Source: Octopus bimaculoides (Eukaryota). From it: a DNA stretch of 46,861 bases. Under the pieces are notes generated by a model. That model searched no databases. It was not told the DNA's origin and worked only from the letters and a program-made list of their open reading frames with translations. The position numbers and the translations under genes are program-made. The DNA is taken from NCBI RefSeq assembly GCF_001194135.2, contig NC_068981.1, positions 189,248,758-189,295,618 on the forward strand, given 5' to 3'. This document shows, in pieces, positions 1 to 12,550 of this stretch. Position 1 is the stretch's first letter; each line of letters starts with the position of its first letter.

Positions 1-342
1 ATTGTTGGCGGTGGACTGTCATCTTTTCTCTGAGAGTAAGGCTCGTTTGCCCTATGTATTCTTTGTGGCACCCTTCACACCTTATGGCATAAAGTAAATT
101 TTTTGATGCGCAGGTGAAGTTATTTTTTATGACAAAAGTGTGTCCCGACTGGAATCTGTATGTTGTTCCTTCCATGAGGTGGATACAAGTCCTGCAGTTG
201 GAACGACCACATTTTTTGACAGTAGGTGGTGGGCTTGTGTTGGGCAATTTTGCATTCGTGAGTAGGTTTTTTAGGGATTTGGGTTGTCTTTTGCTTTTTT
301 TTATTTTATGGGTTGCAAGTACTCTTTTTAGACGTGGATATA
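1..342 (-). mobile_element. Penelope-like retroelement fragment, GIY-YIG endonuclease region (runs off the window start)
   Basis: Minus frame reads LKRVLATHKIKKSKRQPKSLKNLLTNAK...KCGRSNCRTC...FVIKNNFTCASKNLLYAIRCEGCHKEYIGQTSLTLREKMTVHRQQ. The RQPxxL, CxxxxCxxC and YxIxCxxC..YIGQT motifs are typical of the Penelope linker and GIY-YIG domain. Confidence 0.9.
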
Positions 343-991
343 ATCCTTTCTGTCTTCAGCTTCTTGGAGTTCAGTAGCCTTGAAAGACCACCAGGCCTCT
401 TTCATCTGTCTCAGAGCATGTAGGACTTAGCTTCTGCATTTCCTGTAGGCATTCTCTTTTCTGGATGAGCTCTTATCATTTATCCAGGTTTTGTGAGAGC
501 TGTGTATTTTATCAATCAACTGTTGTACATCTGTATTGTTATCGTTGAAACAATCTTGATGTTTACAAACAGAGAGTCCAAGAACCTCTACAGATACAGG
601 GTGCATTGCAACATGCAGAGCCTTCCAAGATGATTCTGTGTCATCATTGATGTCAATAGTGTTGAGTGCAGTGTCCAATTTCATAGAGCTCAGCCTGCTT
701 TTCAACAGTTTTCAAAGGCAAAACATTAATGTGCTTAGGCACTGGTGACTTTTGTAGTAATGTTTCAGATAGAAAAGTAGCCTTACTATGGAGAAGAGAA
801 ATAGTCAGAGAGATAGCAGGTGTTACGAAAGGAACATGTAATGTTAAAGTCCCTAATACCTCGTGTTTTAGTAATAACAGTCTATGAGATGCCAATCCTT
901 AAATTTAGGATGCATCCAGGTGGTCTTGCAACAATTTTGCTGTTGAGAAAAGGTATTTGTGATGCTTAGACTGAATTCCCTGCAGGTGGAT

Positions 992-992
<1 letters not shown>
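343..992 (-). mobile_element. RTE-clade LINE fragment (end of APE endonuclease plus linker), degenerate
   Basis: Minus frames give CREFSLSITNTF...KTTWMHPKFKDWHLID (APE C-terminus), then WKALHVAMHPVSVEVLGLSVCKHQDCFNDN...ALRQMKEAWWSFKATELQEAEDRKD (RTE linker), with stops and frameshifts. Confidence 0.88.
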
Positions 993-1026
<34 letters not shown>

Positions 1027-1092
1027 NNNNNNNNNNTGTGTGTATGTGTGTGTGTGTATGTGTGTGTGTGTGTGTGTGTATGTATATATCTA
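993..1092. repeat. (AT)n / (TG)n compound microsatellite spanning a 10-N gap
   Basis: Seen directly. Confidence 0.95.
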
Positions 1093-2194
1093 TATAATAA
1101 AATAGACCTGTGTGTGTATCCACTTTGATGTGAAAACAGCTGCACGAATTGCTTTCATACTTAGTATGCATGAATAATTGAATAATTTGACCTCGGATAC
1201 ATAAGGTCTTCAGTTTATTTTTATACTAAAAATAAATAATATTGCTTTATACATATGATTCACTTCTCTAAAAAGGTTTCTCAATGTTAACTTCCAGTAC
1301 TGACGTAGCAACGGCCAAATATTCCGTTTTCATTTGCGTAATCTCACTCTCCATTTCAATGTTTTTATTTCAAGCTTTCATTCGCTATTTGTAAACAACT
1401 GCGATAAATTACTGAAAGAAATATCTACTAAGTTCACAAATTTAGATATTCAGTACAAGATAGTTTTTGACGTGCTTTTATTTATACGATTTTTTCATTT
1501 CATGTTTATTTCGTTCATTGTTTGCAATGTTCTCTCTCTCTCACATACACATTCCAAGTTTGATTTTGCTATTACACAAATATCACGTTAAAATTTTGCA
1601 ATTCCACATGGGGCATCCAAAAAAATATGGGCATTCTTTCACTTGAACCCACACACTTTGTTAATTTCCGTAAAAATATTCTATTTATCTTTTGTGCAGT
1701 GTTCAGCTTTATGTATTTGTAGTAAGGCACACACGCACATGTGTCTTTGTATCTACATTTGTATACATTTATGTATGTGTGTGTATTTGTGTGTGAGAGA
1801 GTGAGTGAAGGGGTGTGTTCTCATGTATACATACATAAATACACATCCATACATCTTTTTGTATGTATGTGTGCATATGTGAGAGAGAGAAAGTAAGAGT
1901 GGTGTCTAAGTGGCACTCTCTCTCTCACACACACACACACACACATCCATTTCATGTTTGATACTCTGTGGGGGGGGGGTCCACNNNNNNNNNNTCTGTG
2001 GGGGGGGGGTCCACAATAGCCATTTATTTCAATCGCTCTTGTGAAGATATTCATGTAACTCATTTTTTTTCATTTAACCCCCATTTTAATTTTCCAAAAA
2101 GTTTCGAAGAACAATGTTCTCACTCTCTGCAAGAGGAGACAGGGTAGATGTAAATGATGAGTATTCTACAGTGAAGCAAAGACGAGTACAGGTA

Positions 2195-3170
2195 GCCAGA
2201 GTCAATGTTGAATTCTGCATCTCTTAACTCTATTAAGTATGTTTGCAAATATAGAAACAAAGGTTTAGATGCTGCAGCATATATTCTTATGCAGAATGGC
2301 AGTCAGCGGATGAATAAAAATGACGTTGCACAGTATGACAGGAAGATACAGCAGTACCAATGAGGCTTTTTGGTACATCTTCAATTTTTTCATTCATGAG
2401 AGGCACCCAGCCATCATTCATCTGGGTGTCCATCTAGAGAGACAGATTATGATATCACAGAGTTGGCTGCATTTGTGAATAAACATGAACCTAAACTCCT
2501 TCCAGAACAATGCTGTGCGTATGATAAAATTATTTCATCAGTCAGAGAAAATAGCAGATGCATTTTCTTTCTTGATGTTCCTGGTGGCATGGGTAAAACA
2601 TTTGTAACATTGCTTCTCACCAAGATAAGGCAACAAAAAAGAATTGAAGTTGCTGTAGCGTTGTCTGGCTTTGCTGCCACCATTCTTCCAGGATGATGAA
2701 CAGCTCATTCTGCTTTGAAATTACTGCTAAGCCTCGTTACAAACGACACTCCAATCTGTAACATAAGCAAAGGTTCAGGTTCAGCAGAAGTGTTGTGCCA
2801 ATGCTACCTTATCATTTGAGATGAATGCACCATGTCAGATACAGGTGCAATGGAAGCTCTTGGTATCATACCTTACAGGATATCAAAGGCAACAATACAT
2901 CTATGGGATGAGTTACATTAGTTTTATCGAGGGACTTCAGACAGACATTACCAGTCATTCCAAGACGAACCAGATTTGATGAAATAAAAGCATGCATTAA
3001 AGTCTTCACACCTATGGAATAAAATACAGAAATTCTCCTTCAATACTAACATGCAAGCTTTATTACATGAGGACAAATGCGCAGAATAATTTTCAACCTG
3101 GCTCCTCCAATTAGGAAGCAGGAAAGTACCATTTGATGGGAATGGTGATATCAGTTTGGCTCATATTGCT
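2195..3170 (+). mobile_element. Helitron RepHel fragment: Rep catalytic motif plus N-terminal half of PIF1 helicase, internally deleted and pseudogenised
   Basis: NVEFC..SIKYVCKYRNKG (Rep YxxKYxxK motif), EAFWYIFNFFIHERHPAIIHLGVHLE, then DYDITELAAFV...EQ..YDKI..IFFLDVPGGMGKTF (Walker A), AATILPG**TAHSALK, II*DECTM (Walker B), DFRQTLPVIPR. Contains stops and frameshifts. Confidence 0.93.
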
Positions 3171-3979
3171 TTCCAGCACCTGCTTATATATGTGTGTGTG
3201 AGTGTGTGTAGGAATATAAAATATATTTATATTCTAGGTTAGTAACTATGACAAACTTTAGTCTCAACACCTGTAAACACATAATATAAAAATCAATAAC
3301 AGGTATAGATCATATTCACAATGTACACCAACAATCTTTATCAGCAAACTTCATCCAAATTCATGCAATAGTCATATTTGAATTTTTTTTTTTATATACT
3401 GAACAGCATTTCATCAAAATTTCTAACATGGAAAAGTGGACATTAAAACTGTAATGTTGATGAGATATATAAAATCAGAATAGAAACTTCAAACCCATGT
3501 AATTATTATTTTACCTTACTACAAGAATTTATTTCTAAAAATGTCTGCCTATGATAGATAATCTTGTGAAATATTTTATAATATTAATGAACAACAGAAC
3601 TAGTTATACAATGTTTTTCTTTTCCTGAATTCCAAGATTCTATGCATGTGAAGGAAAATTTATTTACCCTTTTTAATGCAATAGTATCTCCATATAAATA
3701 ATACTGTACAGTACTATTTTTTTTTTAATAAAACCTGCCAAATGTACAACTTGCTCACATTTTCCCATGGTAGTCTGAGTTTGGACAGAAAATTATTTAA
3801 GGCAGGATTTTGTAGCTGGACACTTTTTCAGCCACCAACCTTTATTTGGTTTTAAGTAAAGGATATTTTTTTTACCAGAGGTCTTTGAAAGCACAGAGAA
3901 ATGTCATAAGTCAACAAAGAATGTCAACATCATCACCGCTTCATGCAAGCTGTGACAAGTATGGAATATTAACATTCAT

Positions 3980-3980
<1 letters not shown>

Positions 3981-4028
<48 letters not shown>
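3981..4028. repeat. (CA)n microsatellite
   Basis: Seen directly. Confidence 0.95.
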
Positions 4029-4029
<1 letters not shown>

Positions 4030-4808
4030 CAGACATCCTGCAATTTCCAATATTTTTAATAGAATTTATGATGCTCTAATTTTCTCTAAATCTTATTGAA
4101 AGTTTAATTACCTGGCCAAAATATTACATCCCGTTTAAGAAAATACACAATAACTGTTCAATATAGTTTTAATGGTAAGAAACTCTCAAGAGAGTTGAAC
4201 AGCAGATCTTCAGAGAAGAAACCATGCCCTCAAAAAAAAAGGATTTTTGCTCTTAACTTCTTATACTGTAAGGGGACTGGGCCACATCCAGGTCATAACT
4301 CCTTGATACTCTTCTGCCGATACTTTTTAGCCTCTTGGTTATCAAAGACTTGTGTATTTAAATCACTTGGAGATTTCATCTAATTCTAACTCCTCTCCAT
4401 AGACTCAGAGGAGTTACATCTAAAAATAAACTTTCTTGATGTATTTGATCTTTGAAATTACTTTAAGCCCTCAGTTGACTGAGACAACTTTTCTCCTTAC
4501 TAACCAAAACATACCATTACTGCAGTTAAAGACCAAACAGATATCAATACCAAGAAAGTAACACTACTGAATTTAAACATTCAATATTCACTGATTTGAC
4601 AAAGCATATAATAAATACAGCTCTTATATTATATTTTCAATTAGCAACACATGAAAGAAGTTCCAATCTAATATTTCTAATCCAGAAGAATAGATAAAAT
4701 GAAACTCGTTAAAAGTTATTGAAAAATTTGTGGCTTTTGACTTGAAATTTGTTGGTATGTCCCAGTATGAGAATATGGCTTTACTTCTGGATATGATGCA
4801 AATTTAAC

Positions 4809-5027
4809 CTTTTTGACACCAACCCGGCTGAAACTGCCTCTGGCTCTAGTACAAATGTGTTGTTTTCATAAGTTTTGAATTAAAATCTTCCACCAAACCT
4901 TAGTCATAATTAATGCTCTTAACACTAGCTTAGTGATAACTAAGTTATTTTACTAAATTCTTTGTTATATTTAAAATTAATTGGAAAAAACACAGAGCAT
5001 CTCAAAATAAATACAGTAATGAAAGGG
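4809..5027. mobile_element. piggyBac-type MITE with TTAA target duplication
   Basis: TTAA at 4805-4808 and 5028-5031. Termini CCTTTTGACACC... and ...GTAATGAAAGGG form imperfect CCCTTT-type TIRs. No ORF. Confidence 0.8.
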
Positions 5028-6194
5028 TTAAAGCAACAGACACTCTACAATGTTGATTTCAGTGCCAGATGTGAAGCAAGTATTCAAAAGACACAATTTT
5101 TTGATGTGAAATAAATACACTCACCTAAAAATATTACTTAAAACATTTTTTAGTTTTATAAAAATTTTTTTTTTAATGATTAATGCTACAATTAAATATT
5201 TTATAATAAATAATTAATAAATCTTCAGGGTATACTTGTTTCATAAATTGGTAGTTTTGGGTTATTTTATTCAATTGCTGAAAAGATATCTAACTATAAT
5301 AACTTACATGTGTGTGTGTGTGGTGATGGATGGGGGACATTTAATTTTAGTAAATTTTAATGCAACTGAATTCCTACTATTTCACAGATTCAAAGATTTT
5401 TAATCATAATAATCTTCATTCTACAAAAAAAAGGAAAACAGCTTTTCAATTCTATATCTTTTTTACATTTTATATAATATAAATGTAATAAATAATTTTC
5501 TTTTAGAAGGTAAAAACTAAGTTTCAATTATTTTAAAAGTTTCTTTCGAAATTTAATTCATTAAGTGAATTGGACTGCAATGTTCTCAAAATCAAAATTC
5601 CCAAGGTTGAACGTTGATTTAATTTATGTTTCTATGCAGTATTGTTTTAGAACAATAAAAAATATTAACTAAATAAAATTTGTACAGGAAAACTACAGTG
5701 TGTTTTGAAGTAGAATAAAATAGTGTCTCAGTAATATAATACTGAAAAACAATTGTGTTTTTACAATGAACCAGTTCCTCAATGAAAATAGTACTGGAAA
5801 ATAGAGAAGAAGAGTTTTTAAAGAAAACTGTCAAATATGGACAGAGCATTTATTGTTACATTTTTAGCTTTAATGTACTTAGTTACATTACCAAATCTTT
5901 ACTTAGTGACCTTAAGTAGGGTATCTTAAAAGAAAGAGAAAAATATAATAAAAAATTTTCAAATTCAAATAATCAAAGATGTATTTAAATTATATAAAAT
6001 CTAGAAACTCAATGATTGGCTAAAAGCATTGTGCTATGTTCTTGTTTTAAAATTGTCTAGGTAACAATTCTAGTGATTATTTCTACTTCATTGTTGAGTT
6101 TTTAACAGCCTGAAAGACAGAAACCACCCAGTTTTTGTTAGCATAAAAATGAATGATGGCATGACTGATTAAGAAGCTCATTTCCCAACATGTG

Positions 6195-6450
6195 TTTTTA
6201 GGTTCAGTTCCACTATGTTGCATGTTAGGCATGTATCAACTATTGTTGTTCCAACCAACCAAAGCTCTACAAGTGGATCTGGTAGATGGAAACTGAAAGA
6301 AGCCCATATGTGTCTCCTTTGTCTTGACATCACATAGTTGTAAATGAGCGTCACCATTATAGCATTTCAAATCTTCTATGAAAATATTTCTGGTCATGAG
6401 AAAATATCTTGCTTGGAAACAAATGAAGGTTGGAAACAGGAAGAGCATCT
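6195..6450 (+). mobile_element. Degenerate SINE family A body followed by a retroposon 3'-tail fragment
   Basis: GGTTCAGTTCCAC...GTAGATGGAAACTGAAAGAAGCCC matches the 18887 copy. The downstream part resembles the 17395 tail family. Confidence 0.6.
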
Positions 6451-7571
6451 AACAGTAGAAATTTTGCGACAACGAATTTTGTCTGAGCAATGCAAACATG
6501 AAAAAAGTGGAAATTAAAATGATGATACAACATAAAAAAATCTCAATAAAAAACTTACCAAAATACTATTTTATTACTAAAAATGGTAACTATCTGTTTA
6601 CCAATATTTTACCAAGCATTCTCAAAATAATATAAAAACTAGATTTTACTTTATTTTGAAACAAAACTTAAAATCACTTATCTAATAGAATTTTGGTTAC
6701 TTAAATCTCACTTTATCAGCTGGTTAAGTGAAATTCTACTTCATTTGATGAATGTCAGAATTCTAAATATATATATCCTGATATTTCAAAGATACAATTT
6801 TCTGATCATGTTGTCAAGTCCTGCCTCATCAATTACAAAAGAAAATTTTAAATCAATCCAATTTGAAACATATCAGAGAAAACACAATATTACCATTGAT
6901 GTTACTATCATCGTTTCTTAATACTGACAGCTATAGAGTTATGTATTAAAATCAAGATACAGTTAATTAAAAGTTCTTTTAAAGTAACTTCTAAAGTTAG
7001 GTGTTATTATGGAAGTAGTATTATGGTTAGCAACTTTGCAAATCAATTTTGAAATAGATAACAGTTTGTGAAACTACAACCACTTACAAGATTATGTTTA
7101 TAGGGATAACATATCAAATTAGAAATTCAGCACAATTTTAGCTTCATGAAATTTTAGTTTTCAATGGAAGATGGATCTTGACAGAGCAAATTATTCAACT
7201 TCTTCTTTGCCTAAATAAATAGACTTATGTAACAGAGCTATCAAAGTAAATACTAAACAATCAAACCATACAAAGTATGTCAACATCTTGCTGAATGGTA
7301 ATGCGAATACTCCTATTATACATCAGGAACATTTCTGACACCTGACATTATATCCAAACTTTCTATTTCAACAAAAACAACCCAGTTTATTTTAATAAAA
7401 AGAAAAAAAATGTAATGAGGTTATTTTGTTTTTTTCTCTGTATTTCTTTGGGGATAAGACATGCCAATGACTCTTTCCATGGCTTTCAAGACTGAGAGGA
7501 AGGAAGTAGATATTCTTAAATCAGCTAAAGTCAACCAAGGGCCAGGAGGCTGAGTTAAGACAATTGATGGA

Positions 7572-8385
7572 TTTATCATCATCCTTTAATGTCTGCTTTC
7601 CATGTTGACATGGTTTGACCAGAGCTGACAAGCTGAAGAACTGCACTGGGTTCCAGTCTGATCTGGCTTGGTTTTTATGGCTGGATGCCCTTCCTAATGC
7701 CAATCAGCTTACAGTGTGTACTGGGTGCTTTTTTACATAGCATCAGTGTGTGCTTTATTTACATGACCCAGCATGGTTGCTTTTTACATGGCACTGGCAC
7801 AGGTGCTTTCTATGTGGCACCAGCATGGATGCTTCCTATGTGGTTCTGGCACAGCTGCTTTTTACATAGCATGGGTAATTTTACATGGCATTAGCAAGGG
7901 TATTTTTACGTGGCACTCGCATGGGCTCTTGCAGGCAAAACCCCCTTCAGCTTGGAGGAGAGCATTAACAACTTTGCTGCGGTGGACAGGTCTTCTTGGA
8001 TACAGCAAGGCACCAGATATTTTGGTCTTTGTTGTTTTCTCCATAAGGCTCAGTATCCTGAGATCAGCCTTCAGTACTTCATCCCATGTCTTCCAGGGTT
8101 TCCCTCTTCCAAGAGTTCTATCCACTTAGGTGATCAGCACTTCTTTATGCATCTGTCGACATCCATCAGCATCACATGACCAAACCATTATAATCTTCTG
8201 TCTTGTACACTGTATCTAATTCCTCTCCTGCCCAACTTCTCCCTCCATACACATGTAGCACATGTGCACTTACATTGTACATCCAGTGGATGTGTACTAG
8301 TCTCATTCCCCTCCAGCCTTTGCATGTCTTCTGCATTCAGAGCCCACGTCTCACTACCATGTAGTATTGCTTTTCATATATATGC
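7572..8385 (-). mobile_element. RTE LINE 3' end (RT C-terminus, 3' UTR and (GAT)n tail)
   Basis: Minus frames give HGSETW.LNAEDMQRLE...KLGRRGIRYSVQDRRL*WFGHV...GRGKPWKTWDEVLKADLR. The 3' UTR contains AAGGGCATCCAGC and ends in GATGATGATAAA at about 7572. Confidence 0.88.
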
Positions 8386-8407
8386 ATCATACAATCTTCC
8401 TTTTGCT

Positions 8408-8496
8408 CAGAGAGAGAGAGAGAGAGAGAGAGAGTGAGAGAGAAAGAGAAAGAAAGAGAGAGAGTGAGAGAGAAAGAGAAAGAAAGAGAGAGAGAG
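8408..8496. repeat. (AG)n compound purine microsatellite abutting an N gap
   Basis: Seen directly. Confidence 0.95.
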
Positions 8497-8559
8497 NNNN
8501 NNNNNNNNNNNNNNNNNNNNNNNNNNNNNNNTCTCCATCCTATTCTCATTGTAATGATT

Positions 8560-8740
8560 AAACGTTTTTCACCCACTACACTCTCGGAGTGGTTGGCGTT
8601 AGGAAGGGCATCCAGCTGTAGAAACTCTGCCAGATCAGACTGGAGCCTGGTGCAGCCATCTGGTTCACCAGTCCTCAGTCAAATCATCCAGCCCATGTTA
8701 GCATGGAAAGCGGACATTAAACGATGATGGTGATGATGAA
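8560..8740 (+). mobile_element. Short retroposon carrying the RTE 3' tail (truncated LINE or SINE tail)
   Basis: GTGGTTGGCGTTAGGAAGGGCATCCAGCTGTAGAAAC...CATGTTAGCATGGAAAGCGGACATTAAACGATGATG. Same family as the 7572-7720 tail. Confidence 0.8.
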
Positions 8741-8879
8741 ATACACTTGAATGAGTGTTTTGGGTGATTTGGCTGCTATTTCCAACAGAATAGGTACCTT
8801 GTGTTTCACAGCAGAATCTATATACAATAGTTTTGCTTAGCTATTTGCATATTCATATATTATCTGTTGGTTTTGTTTC

Positions 8880-9110
8880 TGCCATTTTCTATTCTGTGCA
8901 AATCCAGAGATTTCATACAAATAATGTTATGCCATTTTCCAGAATGAGCATAAGCAAAAACGTGTTGTCTTCCAAGTTTCTTACACACAATATAAATTTC
9001 TCAATGCAAAAAGAAGCAATGTTCTTCCAGTTGTTGTGCAGCAACAGATAAAATTTGACCCTGTGATTTATTTATGGACATAAAAAGCTGGGTTATAACA
9101 GCAGTTCCTT
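8880..9110 (-). mobile_element. Helitron PIF1 helicase C-terminal fragment (motifs V/VI), degenerate
   Basis: Minus frame gives LFMSINKSQGQILSVAAQQLEEHCFFLH*EIYIVCKKLGRQHVFAYAHSGKWHNII, matching the Helitron consensus FAMSINKSQGQ.L...GL.L..PCFSHGQLYV..SRVG....LF.YA..GKT.NIV. Confidence 0.8.
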
Positions 9111-9834
9111 CCATGAGAACAAATAGTCTGAATACGATACAAGGCATTTAATCTATTAACTACCAGTCCAGTGCCATTACATTACTTAAGCTGGTAAAGA
9201 TTTTATAGTAGTATGATGATGGCTCTTACTTGTAACAGATTTTGGTGTTGAAGGAAGCTCAAAAGATTCCAAAAACTTTATGAATTTAATATGTTAGTTG
9301 ACAGTTATGCAAGGTTTTCAGATCAATAACTTAATGTTTACACTGTTGACAGTGATTTGTATTTTGTGCAAGTATAGTCATTTCAGTGTTGTTAATCTTG
9401 AAAATTTGAGTATATTTTTTATACTAGTTCATCAACTGATAGAATTGACATACTAATTAGAGATGAACCTGAACAAGTATTTTTTTAGTTGTTTTCTACT
9501 TAGATTTGGAAAAGTAGGAATATTTTATTTTTTTCAGATAGTTTTGGCTTAAACATTGAACAGGTGACATATAACAGCGCGCGCGTGCGTGCGTGCGTGT
9601 GTGTGAAAGAGGGAAAGAGACAATCTGATGATGGGAGTGAGAAAGATTTCTCTTCATGCTTCTCCCACTCTTTTCAAACTGGCAGACCTAACTCTGTCTC
9701 TCTTTTTTCATAACATAAATGACCAAATTCAATTTCATAAGTTATAAGGTAAAACTTAACTCAAGCCTAAAATAAACTAATTACATTTCAAAGCTTTAAA
9801 TAAGATACCCACAAAACTCAATAATCTGTTTGTT

Positions 9835-9990
9835 TAATATTGGGTTCAAATTTTGGCCCAAGCCAGCAATCTTGGGGAAGTGGGGCAAGTCAACCAGTAC
9901 TTATTTTCTCAACCCCAAAAGGATGAAAGGCAAAACTGATGCCAGTGGAATTTGAACACAACAGAAAGCTAGATGAAATATTGCTGATGT
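9835..9990 (-). mobile_element. Degenerate SINE family B copy
   Basis: CCCCAAAAGGATGAAAGGCAAA...GGAATTTGAAC matches the 15764 and 22612 copies. Confidence 0.65.
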
Positions 9991-10182
9991 TTATTTAATA
10001 TTATAAACATGACATATTCTATCAAGTTGTTTATTTTGTATCAAAGTCTCAGTCGAGAGGGCATCTCAATGTAAAATTGTAGAATGAATTGATAACAATA
10101 GACAGATTATATGTGAAAGTATATTCCAGAATTAAAACCTAAAAAAGCAAAAGTATATCCAGAGCTGACTTCCATATTAGCT

Positions 10183-10425
10183 ATATTTCTACTCTAGGCA
10201 CAAAGCCCGAAATTTTGGGGGAGCAGGGCCAGTGGATTAGATCGACCCCTGTATGTAACTGGTACTTAATTTTATTGACCCCAAAAGGATGAAAGGCAAA
10301 TTCAACCTCGGCAGAATATAAACTCAGAATGTAAAGACAGACAAAATACTGCTAAGCATTTCACTCGGCGCGCTAACGTTTCTGCCAGCTCACCACCTTC
10401 TGCCAGCTCACCACCTTCTGCCAGC
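10183..10425 (-). mobile_element. tRNA-derived SINE family B with tandemly repeated 5' head
   Basis: Minus strand shows head GGTGGTGAGCTGGCAGAA, a degenerate B-box region and the central TTTGCCTTTCATCCTTTTGGGGTC block (recalled as resembling Meta/MESC-type SINE domains). An 18-bp head unit is repeated at 10380-10425. Confidence 0.85.
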
Positions 10426-12504
10426 AAAAATATTGCAAGTCATCAATTAATTTTCTTTTTTTTTCGTTGTACCACATAGCTGAAAATACTTTGGAGTTCC
10501 AATGACTAAAAAAAAAAAAAAAAAAAAAAANNNNNNNNNNNNNNNNNNNNNNNNNNNNNNNNNNNNNNNNNNNNNNNNNNNTTTTTTTTTTTTTTTTGTT
10601 CCGGAAATGACCTCACTGGCTGTTTTTGTGCTTTTAATTGGATGAAAGAAATTTTGTCTATGATATTTGTGGCACCCTCAATTATAATGTCTCAGTCAAT
10701 CACATAGTTTCCCTAGTGTATAGTGCTGATGCATATCAAAGTTTGTAGGCATCAATCAATAAACTAAAATTAGTACTCTTCAAATGAAATCTTTTGACAT
10801 ATTTGTTCTGTACAACGTTACAGACACTTCCTTATCAATCTCACTACCAAAAAGAAAATGAACCAGAGATTGTCCTATTGTATACCTGCAACCAACATGA
10901 TTGGTGTTCACAAAATGCAATATAAAATATCAATAAATATGCTGTTCTACAAGCAGAAAGTCCTCAACTAGAAGCAGCACTAATAATTTACTGCAAAATA
11001 GGGTTAGTTTATATCAGGCAGTAAACAAAGTAAACGAATATTTTGACTCATTCACAATGTCTATTTGAAAGAAAAAGATTTGTTATCTCATCATACATCA
11101 ATTCAGACATATTTTAGGGTAAATCAGATATAATTATTAAAGTCAACTAAATTGAAATTCTCTGAGTATTTTTTCATTTCTTTTTTATCATATGACGTTC
11201 ATTAGAAATAGTCAATGATTATATTCTGCTTTGTGTAATTTCACCTTAGCTTTCATATCAGATTTATTGAACAACCAAATTGTGGTAAACACAGCTGTAT
11301 TTGAGAATTCATTAGTGTTTGCTTCTTTCTTCATTTAATTATTTTTTTTTAAATTTCCATTTAGTTGTTTGTTCTTTCACCAGATGTCAATCTCTTATTA
11401 GCATTGCTAGCCTTTAATCAGTACTATCTAGACTATTGATAATAGCTGCTCAATAATACCATATATTTATCCTTATATCTAAGACTTCTTTTGAAATAAA
11501 AAGTCCCTAACAATATTGGTTGATGCAACCAAAAATAAGTTAAAAGATTATGTCAAAAAAACTAAGAGCATACCTGTATTTTGATTAAGGACACAAAACT
11601 ACAGGTAGAAAAAACAAACAACTGGAACCTCCATGTGACCATTCACCTAGCTGATAAAATATAAAATAGCAGCCAAATTTTTAAATTCAGAGTCTACTAT
11701 CAGCAGATCGTGAGTAGATCATTGACCAGATCTCAAATAGTAATGAATAGACTTTAACAAGCCTAAATGATCGATTGACCAGATGATTAATCAAATAATT
11801 GATTAGTTATTTAACCAATTGACAAAAAAATAATAAAATGAAATAGAGCTACTGCTTATGTTTAGTATTGGCATCACTCTCCTGACATAGAACAACAACA
11901 ACAACAAAAAAAGGAAAGGAAAGGTCACTAAACAATGTAAAATCCAATATATATTGAAAAGACAAAGCAGATGTAGCTGAAATGCATCTGATCATAAGTT
12001 TGCTTCATTAAGGCTAACCCAATCAAGCACCACAGCTAATTATTTTACATTTACTTTTCATGCTATATTATTATGAATTATAAGTAACGTATTGCTTTCT
12101 ATAATATAACAGATAAATTCTAAAATGACTGCATAAAATTTTGAGAGTTAGAATATACTTGAATGCTAGACAGAATATATATAGAATGGATATTACAGTG
12201 AAATGGCTACAGCTGAAGTTAAAGTCATTTGAAAGATACTAGAAAAAATACTCTGGATTTATATCTAAGAGGAAAATAGAATATATAATTAATGTTTACA
12301 AGTGTTAAGAATTTAACAGGAAATTATAATGTTTTATTGGTATTTCATATTTATTTTAGCTACAAAATGTATATATCAATATTATCAATTATTATCTTTC
12401 TACTTTCAAGTGTTAAAATATTTATGATATTCTTTATGAAATCAAAAATTAAAATTTTGTGAGATATTTTAGCATCCATGTATACATATACACATATATA
12501 TATA

Positions 12505-12516
12505 TGTGTGTATGAG

Positions 12517-12548
<32 letters not shown>
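12505..12548. repeat. (TG)n microsatellite
   Basis: Seen directly. Confidence 0.9.

Positions 12549-12550
<2 letters not shown>

Noticed and set aside
114-377. 87-aa + strand ORF, and similar listed ORFs such as 7773-8129, 28805-29203 and 39028-39381
   Set aside because: They are antisense to Penelope or RTE coding fragments, which explains the open frames.
1967-2016. TCTGTGGGGGGGGGGTCCAC repeated on both sides of a 10-N gap
   Set aside because: Typical contig-overlap artefact, not a biological tandem repeat.
4150-4419. Minus-strand acceptor at 4420 followed by a semi-open frame and a 9-bp stem (4387-4416)
   Set aside because: All frames contain stops, there is no convincing donor, and no homology was recognised.
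5480-5520. Possible 3-nt microexon TTTAG|AAG|GTAAAA
   Set aside because: The motif is common by chance in AT-rich DNA and has no supporting context.
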